Assembly (NCBI GenBank): GCA_028534125.1
Contig: CM052818.1
Coordinates: forward strand, 4,466,001-4,530,000
Source of the DNA: Lama glama
Lineage: Eukaryota
Length of the DNA stretch: 64,000 bases
Reading direction: 5' to 3'
How positions within the stretch are numbered: the first letter of the stretch is position 1; each line of letters begins with the position of its first letter. The notes below the pieces were generated by a model. It was not told the origin of the DNA. It saw nothing but the letters and a program-made list of their open reading frames with translations, and ran no database searches. This document shows, one piece after another, positions 13,277 through 25,200 of this stretch. The position numbers and the translations under genes were made by a program.

Positions 13277-15854
13277 TAGGTGAAGAGCATTTCAACACCT
13301 CCAGCCATCTTCTTCCCTGACCTGATGCCCTGGCAGCTGGACGTAACCCCTCCAGGCAAGAGGTGGGGAAAGCCCTCTGTGGGAACTCTGATCTCCAGAA
13401 GTGGTCCTACCAGATCCCTCACAGTGAGGCCCGCGGTTAGCATCCCCACGAGGTACGTGGGATCACCAGACATTCAAGGCAAACCTCTTAACGTTGATTA
13501 CAGAGGTGAAAACAAGCCTGAAAAAGAAGCTTAGAGAAGCAGGCTATGCAAAGCCAGTAAACACTTTAAAAGTAAAACAAAGATGTCATTATTATCCTCA
13601 AGCATACGGTACATTGAATCTTTGAAAGAAAAATTGGATGATATATATACAAGAGCTCTTGGAAATTAAAATTTTGAGGTTCATTCTAGGAGGTCTTAAC
13701 ACCTCAGTGCTAGGGTTCCAGAAAGAAAATGGAGGGAAGGAAGTCATCAGAAATGAATCAAGAAAATACCTCAGAATCAAAAATAATGAGTTTCCTTGAT
13801 CAGAAGGACTTACTGAGAACCCAGCATAGTATATAAAGGTAATCTGGGCTTAGGCACATTGTCAAGAAATTTTAAAACAAAGAGGTGGTTCTACAGACTT
13901 CCAGAGAGCTAAGTTGGAGGGGCCGGGGGAGGCTTCATACGAAGATTCGAGAATCCGTATGGCGGCACATTCCTTCGTTAGCGGAGTTGGAAACTAGAGA
14001 CAGGGGAGCACTGTCTTTACAGTTCTGGGGGCATCTGTTTCCAAAGGGAACTTTCAGTAGACTCAGTTACACTAGATGGTAGAAATAAAGACATCTTCAG
14101 GTTTGCAAGGCCTCCCTGTTTTGGAAACTACTGGAGGATGTGCTCCCACTGTATTAAGCTTTTAAGTCAAGAAAGAAGATAATGTGGAATCCAGGAAGCA
14201 GAGGGCCCGGCATGAGAGATGGGGTCTCCAGGATGATGGGGACGGGGATCTGCAGGTGACAGGCGTGGACTGGAGCAGGCTGGAAAGCTCGGAGTGATTT
14301 CAAAATAATAAAATTGATAGAAGTACATAATATATTTGAATGTATTTAGAATAGAGGTTTAGGGTTGAATTAATAATAAATACTCAGAACACCAGCAAAG
14401 ACAAAGATCAGAGGGTTATTAACTGTAGCAAAACAAACATGCAGGAAAGAAAAAGTAATCCTAGTACACGGTTCTATTCTGCTATAAGGAGTATTTTATA
14501 TAGTCATAAATAAAATGCTGAATTTCTGTCAGATCAAAAAAAAATACAGCTATTTGAAGTGTGAGAGAGGTGGGAAGTATCTGGGATAGGAGATGGAAGG
14601 GAGAGATTGTGTGAAAGTTAAATCTTCACCTTACGTGGTGAGAAGTCAGTGGATAATGCCTAAGCTTTAAATCTGAGAAAAAGCAATGCAGGAATGTTAT
14701 TTGGAGACCGTAGGTAAATACTGAAAATTACAGAAGATTCTGGATAATTGCATCTAGGTAAAAAGAAACAGAGAGTGAGGGCAGGGTAGCAAACTGCACC
14801 TTTCATAGCAGGAGTTGTAGAACTAGTTGGTTGTTTAAGCTTTACTTTTCAAATAAAAACTAAATGTTTACAAATAATTATTACAGACACAAGTATACTC
14901 AACAGCATGGATTCATCTCGCATACATAATGCTGAGTGAGACAAGCCAGATGCGAAAAGCTTCATTTACAACGTATAAAACAGATCAAGCTAACCCATGG
15001 TGTTAAACTCTTGCTAATGACTGCCTGTGTGTCGTGGCCTGGCCAGAGGGAGGTGGCCGGTGCGGGGTGGGGGCCGTGGGAGAGCCCTGACGACGCCCTG
15101 GGTGCTGGTCACTTGGGTGTTCAGTCTGAAAATTCATCGTGCTGTGAACATTCAGGATGGACTGACTTTCTCTGTGTAGGTTATACTTCAAACTTTCAGA
15201 GTGCCCTGTCGTTATCCACTGAGCTGTCTGTAACAACCTGCGTGTGTTGACTCTGGGAAGAGAATGGGCAGAGAATTTTATTCATCGGGTACTTTTTGGT
15301 ACCTTCTAGGACAGACCGACAGTGAAGCTCATACTTGGTTTTTTACATTTTTTATGGGAACATCTGGTTACCATTTAACATTAAATGACTAAGGGCCATG
15401 TCGGCCTGCTAAAGAGTGGGCCAGATCCTGCCTGTGGCTGGCTTTGTATGTTCTTGAGCTAAGAAAGTTTTTTACATGTTAAAATGTTGTTTAAAAAAAA
15501 AGTAGAAGAAAATTTAAGAGAAACTCTACGTGGCCTACAAAGCTTTAAATATCCTACCTGGCCCTTGACAGAAAATTTTGCGAGCCCTTGTGCTAGAACA
15601 CAAAAAGATGCCTGTTATCCTGGGAGAGAGAAGCTGTGAGAATTCCACTAGAAGGCAATGCAAGCTTAAAAAACAGCAGCAGCTTCTGGAAATGGCTAAA
15701 GTAGTAGGTTTTTTTTTTTTTAAACTGTAGTTTTGATAAGGTGGTTAGACTAGTAAAAAGGAGTTCCTGGGACGTGGTCAAGTGTGATTTGTTCCGTCTG
15801 TTGCAGGTTGTAGGCGGCCTAGACATCCACAAAAAGATGGTGGTAGACGTGTGA
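8667..15854 (+). CDS. PPP3R1: Calcineurin subunit B type 1, partial CDS: join(8667..8843,9960..10019,11042..11226,15807..15854); 5' exons not in window
   Basis: Spliced translation (F)[28 protein letters not shown]...[13 protein letters not shown]...[13 protein letters not shown]...[30 protein letters not shown] has four EF-hands and matches calcineurin B1. All junctions are GT-AG and phase-consistent. Confidence 0.98.
9960..10019 (+). CDS. PPP3R1: PPP3R1 coding exon (exon 4, 60 nt)
   Basis: ttcag|AGTTCATT...TTGAGGT|gtaagt; encodes (E)[19 protein letters not shown]. Confidence 0.97.
10309..10427 (-). mobile_element. L1 3' tail fragment (L1MA-like)
   Basis: poly-T followed by aattgaaatacagttgatgtaca...tatactccatttatagtt. 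Confidence 0.75.
10700..10865 (-). mobile_element. MIR
   Basis: ccccgattttatatgtacagaaactgaagttcggaaagtgaaatgacttacc core. Confidence 0.7.
11042..11226 (+). CDS. PPP3R1: PPP3R1 coding exon (exon 5, 185 nt)
   Basis: ttttag|TTGCTTTC...TGTGCT|gtgagt; encodes [11 protein letters not shown]...FEEFCA. Confidence 0.97.
12900..15200 (+). mobile_element. Degenerate ancient L1 pieces (5'/ORF1-like and 3' UTR-like)
   Basis: A-rich L1-like motifs (ccagaaagaaaatggagggaaggaagtcatcagaaatgaatcaagaaaa; cagcatggattcatctcgcatacataatgctgagtgagacaagccaga). Confidence 0.55.
13206..13276. repeat. Compound (GA)n(GT)n microsatellite
   Basis: Directly visible. Confidence 0.95.
15395..15592. mobile_element. MER58-like hAT-Charlie MITE
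   Basis: gggccagatcctgcctg...gagctaagaaagttttttacat...ctggcccttgacagaaaattttgcgagcccttg. Confidence 0.8.
15807..15854 (+). CDS. PPP3R1: PPP3R1 last exon, coding part (48 nt)
   Basis: ttgcag|GTTGTAGGC...GACGTGTGA; encodes [15 protein letters not shown]. Confidence 0.97.
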   Translation, partial: VVGGLDIHKKMVVDV

Positions 15855-17935
15855 CTCTTCTTTAAAGAGTACCGCCCAACACTTTTGCTTTCTTCTCCAT
15901 CTCTGAAGATCTGCTCAAGATGTCCAGCAATGCTCTCTGTGTATTTAAATGGAAGTATTTTTCTCTGTGAAGCCACATTTTCCAACATGAGCCTCATAAA
16001 GCCAACTGTTATTGAACTCTTATCCTCTCAATAACTCAGTGTGTAGCACTTTAAGGTCTGAAGGACAGCACCATGAAAGGAGCATATCAATGTGGTGAAG
16101 AAAGGGAAGGGGTTGGCTTTTTAATTTATTTTTCTTCATCTTTTATAACAAGAAAGTATCTATATATACATATGTAAATATTTATATATAGATATATGTA
16201 GCTTTCTATATGTGTAGTAGGTTGGCTTTAATTTAATATACTTGATTCAGAAACAGAAAATGATAGAGTACAAAAGTGCCAAGCAGAACATCAGACACCC
16301 TTACTTTTATTTCACACCGTTTTGTGTGTAGGTGGAAGACTGTACAATGTGAGCCGGGGGTCAGGCCAGCTGATTTCTTTCTCCTGCGCTTTCTCCTTTG
16401 AGAGATTGACAAAGCATTTGTTAACATCTTATCATTTACCTTGATGACTTTTTTGTAACCGAGGAGTGTGTAGCTTTATTTATACCTGCGGTATCCTCCC
16501 CGGGACTGGGCCTCACCGCCGAGCGGCTGTCACCGCGTCTCTGCTGGGGGAGGGCGTGTGGCCGGCGCCACCGCCGGGAGCCCGCTCCTGTCCGCTCCCA
16601 GCGTGGCTGCGCGGAGCGTGCGGCCGCTTCATCCTGTCACTTCACGGCTAGGAGCCATCACATGCTTAGATGTCCCCGAGTGAGCGTAGCTTAGTTGTGA
16701 TTTGATTCGTAAAGGACAGAAGCTGTCCGAGGCAATCCTGATTTATCTTAGACAACAACTTTTATAATAAGAGTTCCTGAAGTAATCATGGAACTGCTTA
16801 GGATGTCTGTTTATTTGTTTCATTACATGGATGGCAAATTGTCATTAAGCTTACGTTTGAGCCAGAAATTTCCCTTCTGTGTTTCAAGAGACTTGCAGCT
16901 AATCTGAAAAACTGGTGATACTTACCATGCATGTATCTCCGTTCACCCACATATGCTTAAGGCTTGCGGGAGAAACCTTAGTAATCTGTATGCCACAAAA
17001 GAGCAAAATTATGCCCGAACTGATCCCTCTTACATTTCTTTACCACAAGGCATAGGGAGAGTGCATGGGGGTTTTCTTGATTTGCCCGCATATGTAACAG
17101 GTGACATCATAAATGTGTGTGACATAAAAGTAGTGAGCCGTGCTCCACCACTTGGTACCATCCCTTCCCTCTTCTGCAAAGGTACTGTTGGCTGGAAGAC
17201 GACATTCTGGTTAGCTTTGTAGAACTGTAGTCTTTCCCTGTAGACTTTTCTAGGAAACTGGTTTTCTCATCACGAGTGGGGAAGGGCAGGTCGGATCAAG
17301 GTGAAAGAACGTCACCCTGGGCACACCCGCCTGCCCGCGCTGTTCCTTCAACTGAGTGCTGCACGCCGTGGGCTCTGTCTGGGAGAGAAGTCCCGGTGCT
17401 TGGTGTCCTTGCATGACATGGAGTTTTGCATGTAGATCGATTTCAAATGTACCTCTTGTTTACATAATTTGCATAATTTTAAAACGTAATGTTGCCAAAC
17501 TTTGGAAATGTTCATGTTCAGACTGAAAATCTCCACTACACGTAACTTTCTTCCTCTGGATCAGTACGTGGCTTATAACCCCAGCCAGTGGTTTGATCTG
17601 TTCCAGTGTCAACTGCCATGTGCTCTGCTTCAAGGGGGGACTAGTCTTTTGTGAATTTTTTGTACATAAGTATTTGTTACAAATATTTTAGCAAATGCTT
17701 TCTATTTCTCTTGCTTGTGCATATCTTGGCTGGCGTTACAGAAAAATAGTGCAAACATTATTTCCTTACTGGGGAATGGGGTTTTCTTTCTTTTTTTTAG
17801 CGTGTGTGGGTGGGTGGGGGAGGGATGGTTTATGTTGAATGTTTAGTTTTTCTTCTGCATGAAACATCATGTTGTGGGATCTTTAGAAAACTTCATACTG
17901 TATGAATAAGAAAATAAAATATTTGAAACTTGGTT
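15855..17935 (+). other. PPP3R1: PPP3R1 3' UTR (end approximate)
   Basis: Repeat-free sequence after the stop codon, with multiple miRNA and Pumilio motifs. AATAAA at 17913-17918 is followed by GT-rich sequence. Confidence 0.8.
17913..17918 (+). terminator. Polyadenylation signal of PPP3R1
   Basis: AATAAA with upstream TGTA and downstream GT/T-rich tract (ggttgagtgtatt...gtggtcttttgg). Confidence 0.75.
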
Positions 17936-18409
17936 GAGTGTATTCACAGTGGTCTTTTGGCTTCCCTCCGTCATTGAGGATAGGCCTTTGTCTTTCTTTT
18001 GGATTTCTTAAAACTGATCAGTTGACATCTGATCCTTGACTGTAAGCCATGAGTAAGACAAGTGTGCTTTGTCACTGGGTGCAAACACAAGTTTGCATGA
18101 CCTGCGGAGCCCAGCCTCTCGCCATTCTCCATTCTCCCTCCCTCTGCCCCAGCCACCTTGGCCTCCTTGCGCTCCCAGGAGCCTCTGGCTTCCTTCCCCC
18201 ATCAGCTTTGCACTGCGTCTTCCGCAGGGGATGTGCCCCAGCCGCCCAAGCCAATGCTTCCAAGGCTTCCAGCGATGTCCTGGCTCAGCAGGAACTCTCC
18301 CGGCCCCCCGTTGAAACATGCCAGTACACCCGATTCTCCTTTATCCCACTTGGTTTTCTTCCGTAGCACTGATCTCTTCTGACATGATTTATTTCAGTAT
18401 TTTCATATT

Positions 18410-18530
18410 TGTCTTCCCCGGTTATTAAATGAAAGCTCCCCAAGGGCAGGGATTTCTGTCCCTTGCTCACTGACAGACTTGTCTAGAATTCTACCTAGCT
18501 CTTAAGTGTTTGCTCAGTAAATAATGACTC
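18410..18530 (+). mobile_element. L2 3' end
   Basis: aagctccccaagggcagggatttctgtc...tgctcagtaaata. Confidence 0.65.
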
Positions 18531-18929
18531 AGGTAATGAGACAGCTTGTTTATACAGGTTGTGGTTTTACATTAAATTCTATTCAGCACTTTGTCATTCT
18601 TCATAAAAGGTAAAAATCAGTACTCTTTGGAGTCATTCATTCCACAGCCTTGCAGGATTCCTTCTCCGTGCTGAGCACTGCAGTGCATACTTGAGATTCT
18701 TGTACGGAGGAGAGACGTTCCTGACCCAGATGAGTTACGGGTTGCTGGGGGTGTTCATACCCACAACACCCGTATTGTCAGGTATGCGCTTGTTCCGAGG
18801 CACTGTGTTCTTTGGCTCTAGATCATCCTAAGAGTATAGATTAGTTAAGCTAAACTAATAGATACATTTAAGCCCTAGGTCTCCCTATCCTTACCCAGTT
18901 CTAGGGGTCTTAAGAGGAGAAAAGATGAC

Positions 18930-19828
18930 TTAAAATGAAGCAGTAATCTGCAGAATGGGAGAACATATCTGTAAACCACATACCTGGTAAGACACTGCTG
19001 TCTAGAATATATAAAGAACTTCAACCCCAAAACAAAAAATCCCACCTGATTAAAAAATGGGCAAAGGACTTGAACAGACATTGTCTCCAAAGAAGACACA
19101 CAAATGGCCAACAGCACGTCTATAGTAACGCAAATAAAACCCACAAGATACCACTTCATACCCATTAGCTTTGCTGTTAGCAAAATAAAAGTGTTGGTAA
19201 GGAGATGGGGAAATTGGAACCCTTGTGCACTGCTGGTGGGGATGTCAAATGGTAGTCATTGTAGGAAATGGTACAATAGTTTCTCAAAATATTAAACACA
19301 GAATTACCATATGACCCAGCAATTCCATTTCTGGGTACATACCCAAGAGAAGTGACAATCGGGGCTAGAACAGACATTTGTACACCCATGTTCACAGTGG
19401 CATTATTCACAATAGCCAAAAGTGTCCATGACAGATGAACGGATAGTCAAAATGTGGTCTATACATACAATGGCTTAGTAGTCAGTAATGAAATTTTGAC
19501 AAATGTTATTAACATGGATGAACCTTGAAGACATGCTAAGAAAAATAAGCCACTCACAAAAGAACAAATACTGTATTACTCTATTTACATGTAAGTTCTT
19601 GGGAGTTGTCAAATTCATAGGCAAAGTAGAATGGTGGTTGCCAAGGGCCTGGAGGAGGGGGAAATAGGGAGTTAGTGTTGAATGGGAACAGCATCACCTG
19701 GGAAAGGGAGAAGTTCCGGAGATGAAAGGTGGCGGATGGTTGCACAGTGACGTTAATGTACGTAACACTGAGCTGTACACTTTGAAGTGGTTACAACAGT
19801 GAATCGTGTATATTTTACCAGTTGAAAA
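18930..19828 (+). mobile_element. L1MB-type 3' end
   Basis: gcagaatgggagaacatatctgtaaacc...gaattaccatatgacccagcaattccatttctggg...agtagaatggtggttgccaaggg. Confidence 0.9.
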
Positions 19829-21605
19829 GAGCAGACAGGATGGCAGAAAAAGTGTCAATCTTTCTGGATACTTTCCAGGACTTACCACAAAGAAATGGTG
19901 TTCAGGCTCATATGTCTTCAAACAATCCTCAGTCTTCAAAACTCCCCAGATGCTCTGAAGCCTCTGGTTACACTGGCTCACATTTACACTCGAGTCCATC
20001 GCCACATTAGCCTCTCACTTCCCTTGGGCGTTATCAATCTCAAATTAGTGAGTCCTTGCTCTCCCAAACCTCCCGAAGATTACTGGTGTCTCTGACCACA
20101 TGAGAAATTAACACTTCTATAGTACAAGTATTTTGCAAGTTGTAGGAAGGTTCCAGACGCTGTCACCGTACACTTTCAATTGTCTGACACTAAGTGTGCT
20201 GTCCTATGGCTCTGGAATCAAGAAAATAAGGTCTTTCGCAGGTGCTCAATGAACATGAGCTTTCCTGTGCGCTATCTTCCTTGTAGGGAGGTAGCATGAG
20301 GGCTGGAGCCCAAATCTGCTGGAGTGAGTAGGGGAAAACGCCAAGTTCTCTTCCCTCATCAGTCACTGAAGAGCTAAGAAAATACTCCCCTTTCATGCGC
20401 ATCCCCCAGCCAACTTATCCATAAATATGTAAATAAACTATTATCTGATATGTCAAAAATTGTACTAGATTCTGAGCATGCAAAGATCAGAGGCTTTAAG
20501 GTAGGAAGCAGACACAAAAATAACCCCTGTGTAGCATGACAAATGGCACAGAAACACAGGTAAGCATGGCCAATGTATCTGGTGTTAGACTTAGTGTCCG
20601 GGCCTTAGACTTTCAAGAAGTGCTCTGATCCAGTGAAGGTCGGCTACTGCTGACGCAGTCAGCCATCACTTCTCTCTCTTCATCATTCCCGTGCCAAGAA
20701 TTCGTTGGGTTTCCTCTAACACTGTTTCCCTTTCAAGTAGTACTGATTCCCTGGGGGACAGCAAGAAATGACCGACCAGGGAGAGGCCCAAACTCAAATC
20801 AGTACAAGTTCAGTATTGCAAATTTGAGCAACTGCCAGAGAAATGTATGTGCCTTCTTGTATTACCAATAGTTCTCTAATTATGTACGAAGTCTTCAAAA
20901 GGAAATAAATACAGATATGAAATCATGACTTCACTTTAGCATAGATAACAAAACCCAAGTTTTCCCAGTCAAAATTATGCCTTCCTTAAAAGTCAACACA
21001 AAACATCTATGGTTACCTGGCAGTGGTTCATTTCAGTCCAAGGGATGAAAACCGTGGACGCTTCCTCAGGAAGGTACACCCTAGGCAGTCACAATTTTGA
21101 ACATCATCCCGGGCAAAGCAGGGGGTGGGCAAGCACCTCCCGAAGCCTGTGCAGACTCCAGAGTACGTCCCAACAAATCCCTCCTGTTCCTAAAGTCGAA
21201 AGACTTGATACCGTCGTACACACACTCCACGCCGCCGTGTCGCTGAAAGAGAAAACATGACCGCCGGGAGACCTTTCCTGCAGTTTCCCATCGAATTCCC
21301 ACTGTCAGATGGACGCGTAACCCCAGTGCAGGGTACCAGCCAGTCTGGGACGGTGGCGCACGGAACTGACAGGAGGGAAACGGCAGCTACTTATTAAGAA
21401 TACTTTCTCTAGTTCTTCCCCGTACTTTCTAATACTCTCATCACTCAAGTTGAAAAGTTTTGGCCCACGGTCACAGAGATGGATAAGAGAACACAGGAGC
21501 ACAACCACAGTTTAATGAAGTGAGTTCCATTCATTAAAAAGATGCAGACACTTGTTTCTATTACAGGTTTTCAGAATATCGTTTTCTTGGGGGTAAAAAC
21601 ATTCT

Positions 21606-21611
21606 TTTATT
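21606..21611 (-). terminator. Candidate PNO1 polyadenylation signal
   Basis: TTTATT on + strand (AATAAA on -), ~580 nt past the stop codon; an ATTAAA alternative lies at 21881-21886. Confidence 0.5.
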
Positions 21612-22188
21612 ACATACTACACAGAAAAATAGCCCCAACCCTGGTAAGGTCAGGCTGCTTTCATTACATTCCTGTTTAAAAAATAAAACTCTTTCCTCAC
21701 GTCAACCTTGTGATGTAGCCTTAAATTTTAAGTTTACCAACTGCAAAAACAGGAATAAAGATTAGCGTTTTTTGGTCCACAGAGTGTATCCGAACTGCTG
21801 CTTCTGACCTGATTCTAACGGATTCACACCCCACCCAGTATTAAGGGTCACGATTCAGAGAGGTTTTCTGGGATAATTCTTTTAATTACAACTCATAGAG
21901 AATAAATGTTTATAAACTTATAAAAAGTTATATATTTATAAATAAAAACCTTAGATATTGATACTGACCTGTTTTTTTAAAATAAGAAGTTTCTCTCCAA
22001 ATGAGAGAATTATAAACTGCAAATCTGCTACATGTGATTTAAAATGGAAAAAATGATAAATTATACTTAATGTCTAGTAATGGTACTCATGGCTGAAAAG
22101 CTCTTCACGTGGTGCCTGGTGACCACTTGTAGAGAGTAAGGCCTTTTTCTCTAGAGTCCAAAGACAAGATGGAAAGTCTGATTTGAAG

Positions 22189-22256
22189 TCAGAATCGGTC
22201 TGCTGCTCTGCTGGCCACAGCGCGGATGTTGCCATATACCTTTGATGGAGGATTTC
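22189..22256 (-). CDS. PNO1: PNO1 exon 7 coding part
   Basis: cag|(G)[21 protein letters not shown] (TGA at 22189-22191). Confidence 0.97.
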
Positions 22257-25200
22257 CTGCAGAAGAAGATAAAAAAACTTATTTATACAAATACACTCAC
22301 ACATAGAGAGGCTACATGGAAAATGGTCTACAACTCCAAAAAGGACAGGACATTTTCCACTGGACCTACCTTAAATCAACAAAGAACCATAAAGGAAACT
22401 ATACACAAATGTTCCCCCTAAAACATTTTAAATCCTAAGAGCCAAAGGCACCGAGTTGTCAAAATATTTCCCAAAGCAGCCGGTCAGCCAGACCCCGGCC
22501 CGGGGCAGACCCCAGGCGTTTCCTGAGCAACCCCTGTGGCTCCGGTTAGAAGTGACTGCGCTTTGCGGTTTGAAAGTGGGACGAAGTGGGTCAACTAAGA
22601 TGACCGATGCTGACCAGCAGCTCCCTTTCGGTTGGACCTGATACAGTGCTGTCTGCTACTCTGACTGGCTCTCCTGTGCACTTCATCAGGGGAAAGTGGT
22701 GAAGCCACAATCTAACTCAGTAAACCCTTTCTCTTGGATTTAAGTGGAGCCAAGAGAAGATGGAATACAAGCAAAAACACTCCTCCTTTTCCTCTGGACC
22801 CACACCTGCCAACCCCCAAGAGTTTCTCCTTGCTTCCTCTAAATGTCACCCTGACCCTAAAATGATTTGCAAACGTGATCTGAGTTCTGAAATTCTCTGT
22901 TCTTTTCTCTTGGAGGAAACCACAAAGGGGGAAGCTGCTGTTACCCAGGATGAGGTTGCAAATGGCAGTCCTAGCCATCTTGATGTTTTGGAAGGAACCA
23001 AGGATGTGCACTTTCCTGCAAGAGATAAAGTGAGACAAGTCAGCAACAGACGGCATTTCCTTAACTAAGCCCCGTATTCTGGAAATTCTGCAAACTCTGC
23101 AAACTCCTAACAGATACAGATCCCTAAATAAAGGCGGTGATGATGGTTGCATAACTCTGTAAATACACTAAAAACCACTCTGAAAGGGAGAAGTTTGATA
23201 TGTGAATTACATCCCAATAAAAAATTATGAGAAAAGACATAAAAAATAAAAACACAAACACTAAGTTCTTTCAGAATCTTGGTGAACAAGGGCTCCCCTC
23301 CAGGGAGTGCTCCCCACGTGCCGAGCCTCACACACACACGCCCGTTTAATCCTCGCCGAGCTCTGTTAGGCCCAAGTTATTCCCACTTTACAGATGAGGA
23401 AAAACGTATCTGAGAAACCAAAAAACCTGTCCAAGATGAAACGCGTGGTGCTGGGATATGATTTCCAACAGAATTGTACTTAATTAAAACATAGCTGGAT
23501 TTCAACTGGAGAGCTTTCAAAAGACTGAGCTTCCTCATTGCTCACTGAGGGTCACCAAGACCCTGTTAACGGGCACTCCTTGCCGCATGGCTCAAGTCAC
23601 ACTGACAATGCAGCATTTTGCTTTTCTGAGCCCATCTTCCAAAATACCAGTCAACTCAGTAGTAAACTGACCCTGAAGTCTGCAGTGGGAGCATCAAGCA
23701 GAACCTCTCCCCACGCAGGCTCGGGCATTTCTGAAACTGGGGTAGAAGTGAGATGAGAAACAAGAGGATTAGGTAAAGTCTGTTGAAGATGATCCCCCGA
23801 TTCCCCCCCCCACTTTGTGCAACCAGGCAAGCACCCAACCACCCCTCTGGAACTCTGGTAAAGTGAAGGGGGGGTTGCTCCCTGGGGAAGCCCCAGGAGC
23901 GCCAGGCCCAGCTGCAGTAGGGGCGCCGTGGTGAAAACCGGGGCAACGCCAAGCAAACGTGCACAGTGAACACTAAGGCTTCCAACTGTCTTCCATCGCT
24001 GGGCTCCGTAAGTCTGCCAGCAGAGAGACTGGAGCATACTGCTCTGGGGAACCTGACCTGCTCATAAGAAAGACTCAAGATACTGACATCAGGGGGGGCT
24101 TCCCCAAAGCAACAGGCTGGCGATCACCCGAGGTGAAGCCTCCCATCCACCAGCCACCCCCCACCAGCCCCCACGCGCCGTGAGCCCAGGGCTGCTCTTC
24201 TGCTCTTGACGGCCCACGCTTACCCGTGACGCCCACACCGAGGAACCAGGATCTAATATAAAAGAGTAGAAGCCACAACCAGTGAGGGGAAGAAAGCATT
24301 AGAAAAACGGGAACAGCAGGGAGAAAAGAATAAAAACAACAAAGACAAAACCGATGATATTAGAAAAGCAATTTTCACACACTCCTGACTCCTGGACAGG
24401 ATGTTAAGACAACTGAACAGCAGGGTTAGAAGATGGAGTCACCAAAGGGAATTCTGAAGGGAAATGATTTCCAACAGAACTGTAAGCCTGGCCGGACCAG
24501 CAGACACCTCCAGAACTCGGGCTCAAAAAGTGTACTTCCTACGATGGGCTAGCCCCCGGACTACGTGTGCCGCCAGAACAGGGAGGGTGCGGGACAGAGA
24601 GCCAAGGACCAAGGGCTTCCGACATTGAAGGGGCAGAGGTGAAAGGAGAAGCCGGGATGGCCGCTGTGTGCGGACCGAGGGTAGGTCCCAGAGCTTCTGG
24701 AAGAGAAGGCTCCAGGAGAGGTTCCGGAACTGCTTCATGCACCCGAGTCCACCAAGCAAAGACACAGACAGTGCACAGCTTTCTACTGAATGAGTACGCT
24801 GAAATATTAACAGAGCACACAGAGACACTAAAAATGATTGTGAAAACAAAGTTGCAAAGGACAGATTAAATAATCACAGTATGCCGCCTGGCTCAGCCTC
24901 AGCTGTTACCACTCTAAGTGCCGACTGCATACTCAGGTAACACTGAGCATGGGTCGAACAAAACCCACGGTGAACGGGGAGGGCGGGGAGGAGTAGGCAA
25001 ACTGGACTGTTAGAAGGGGCTGAGTATGGGGGTGACAAGGGCAGAGGACTGGAAAAGCTAAATCTTCATCTTTCATGGGTGAAAGGCAACAGTGAATCTG
25101 AGAAAAAAAAATGAAGCTGGTATCTGAAGACATTTGGAAATATGAAGATGAAGAATTTTTTAAAATTAGCTAAAAGAGCTGAACTTGAAGAGTAGAAACC

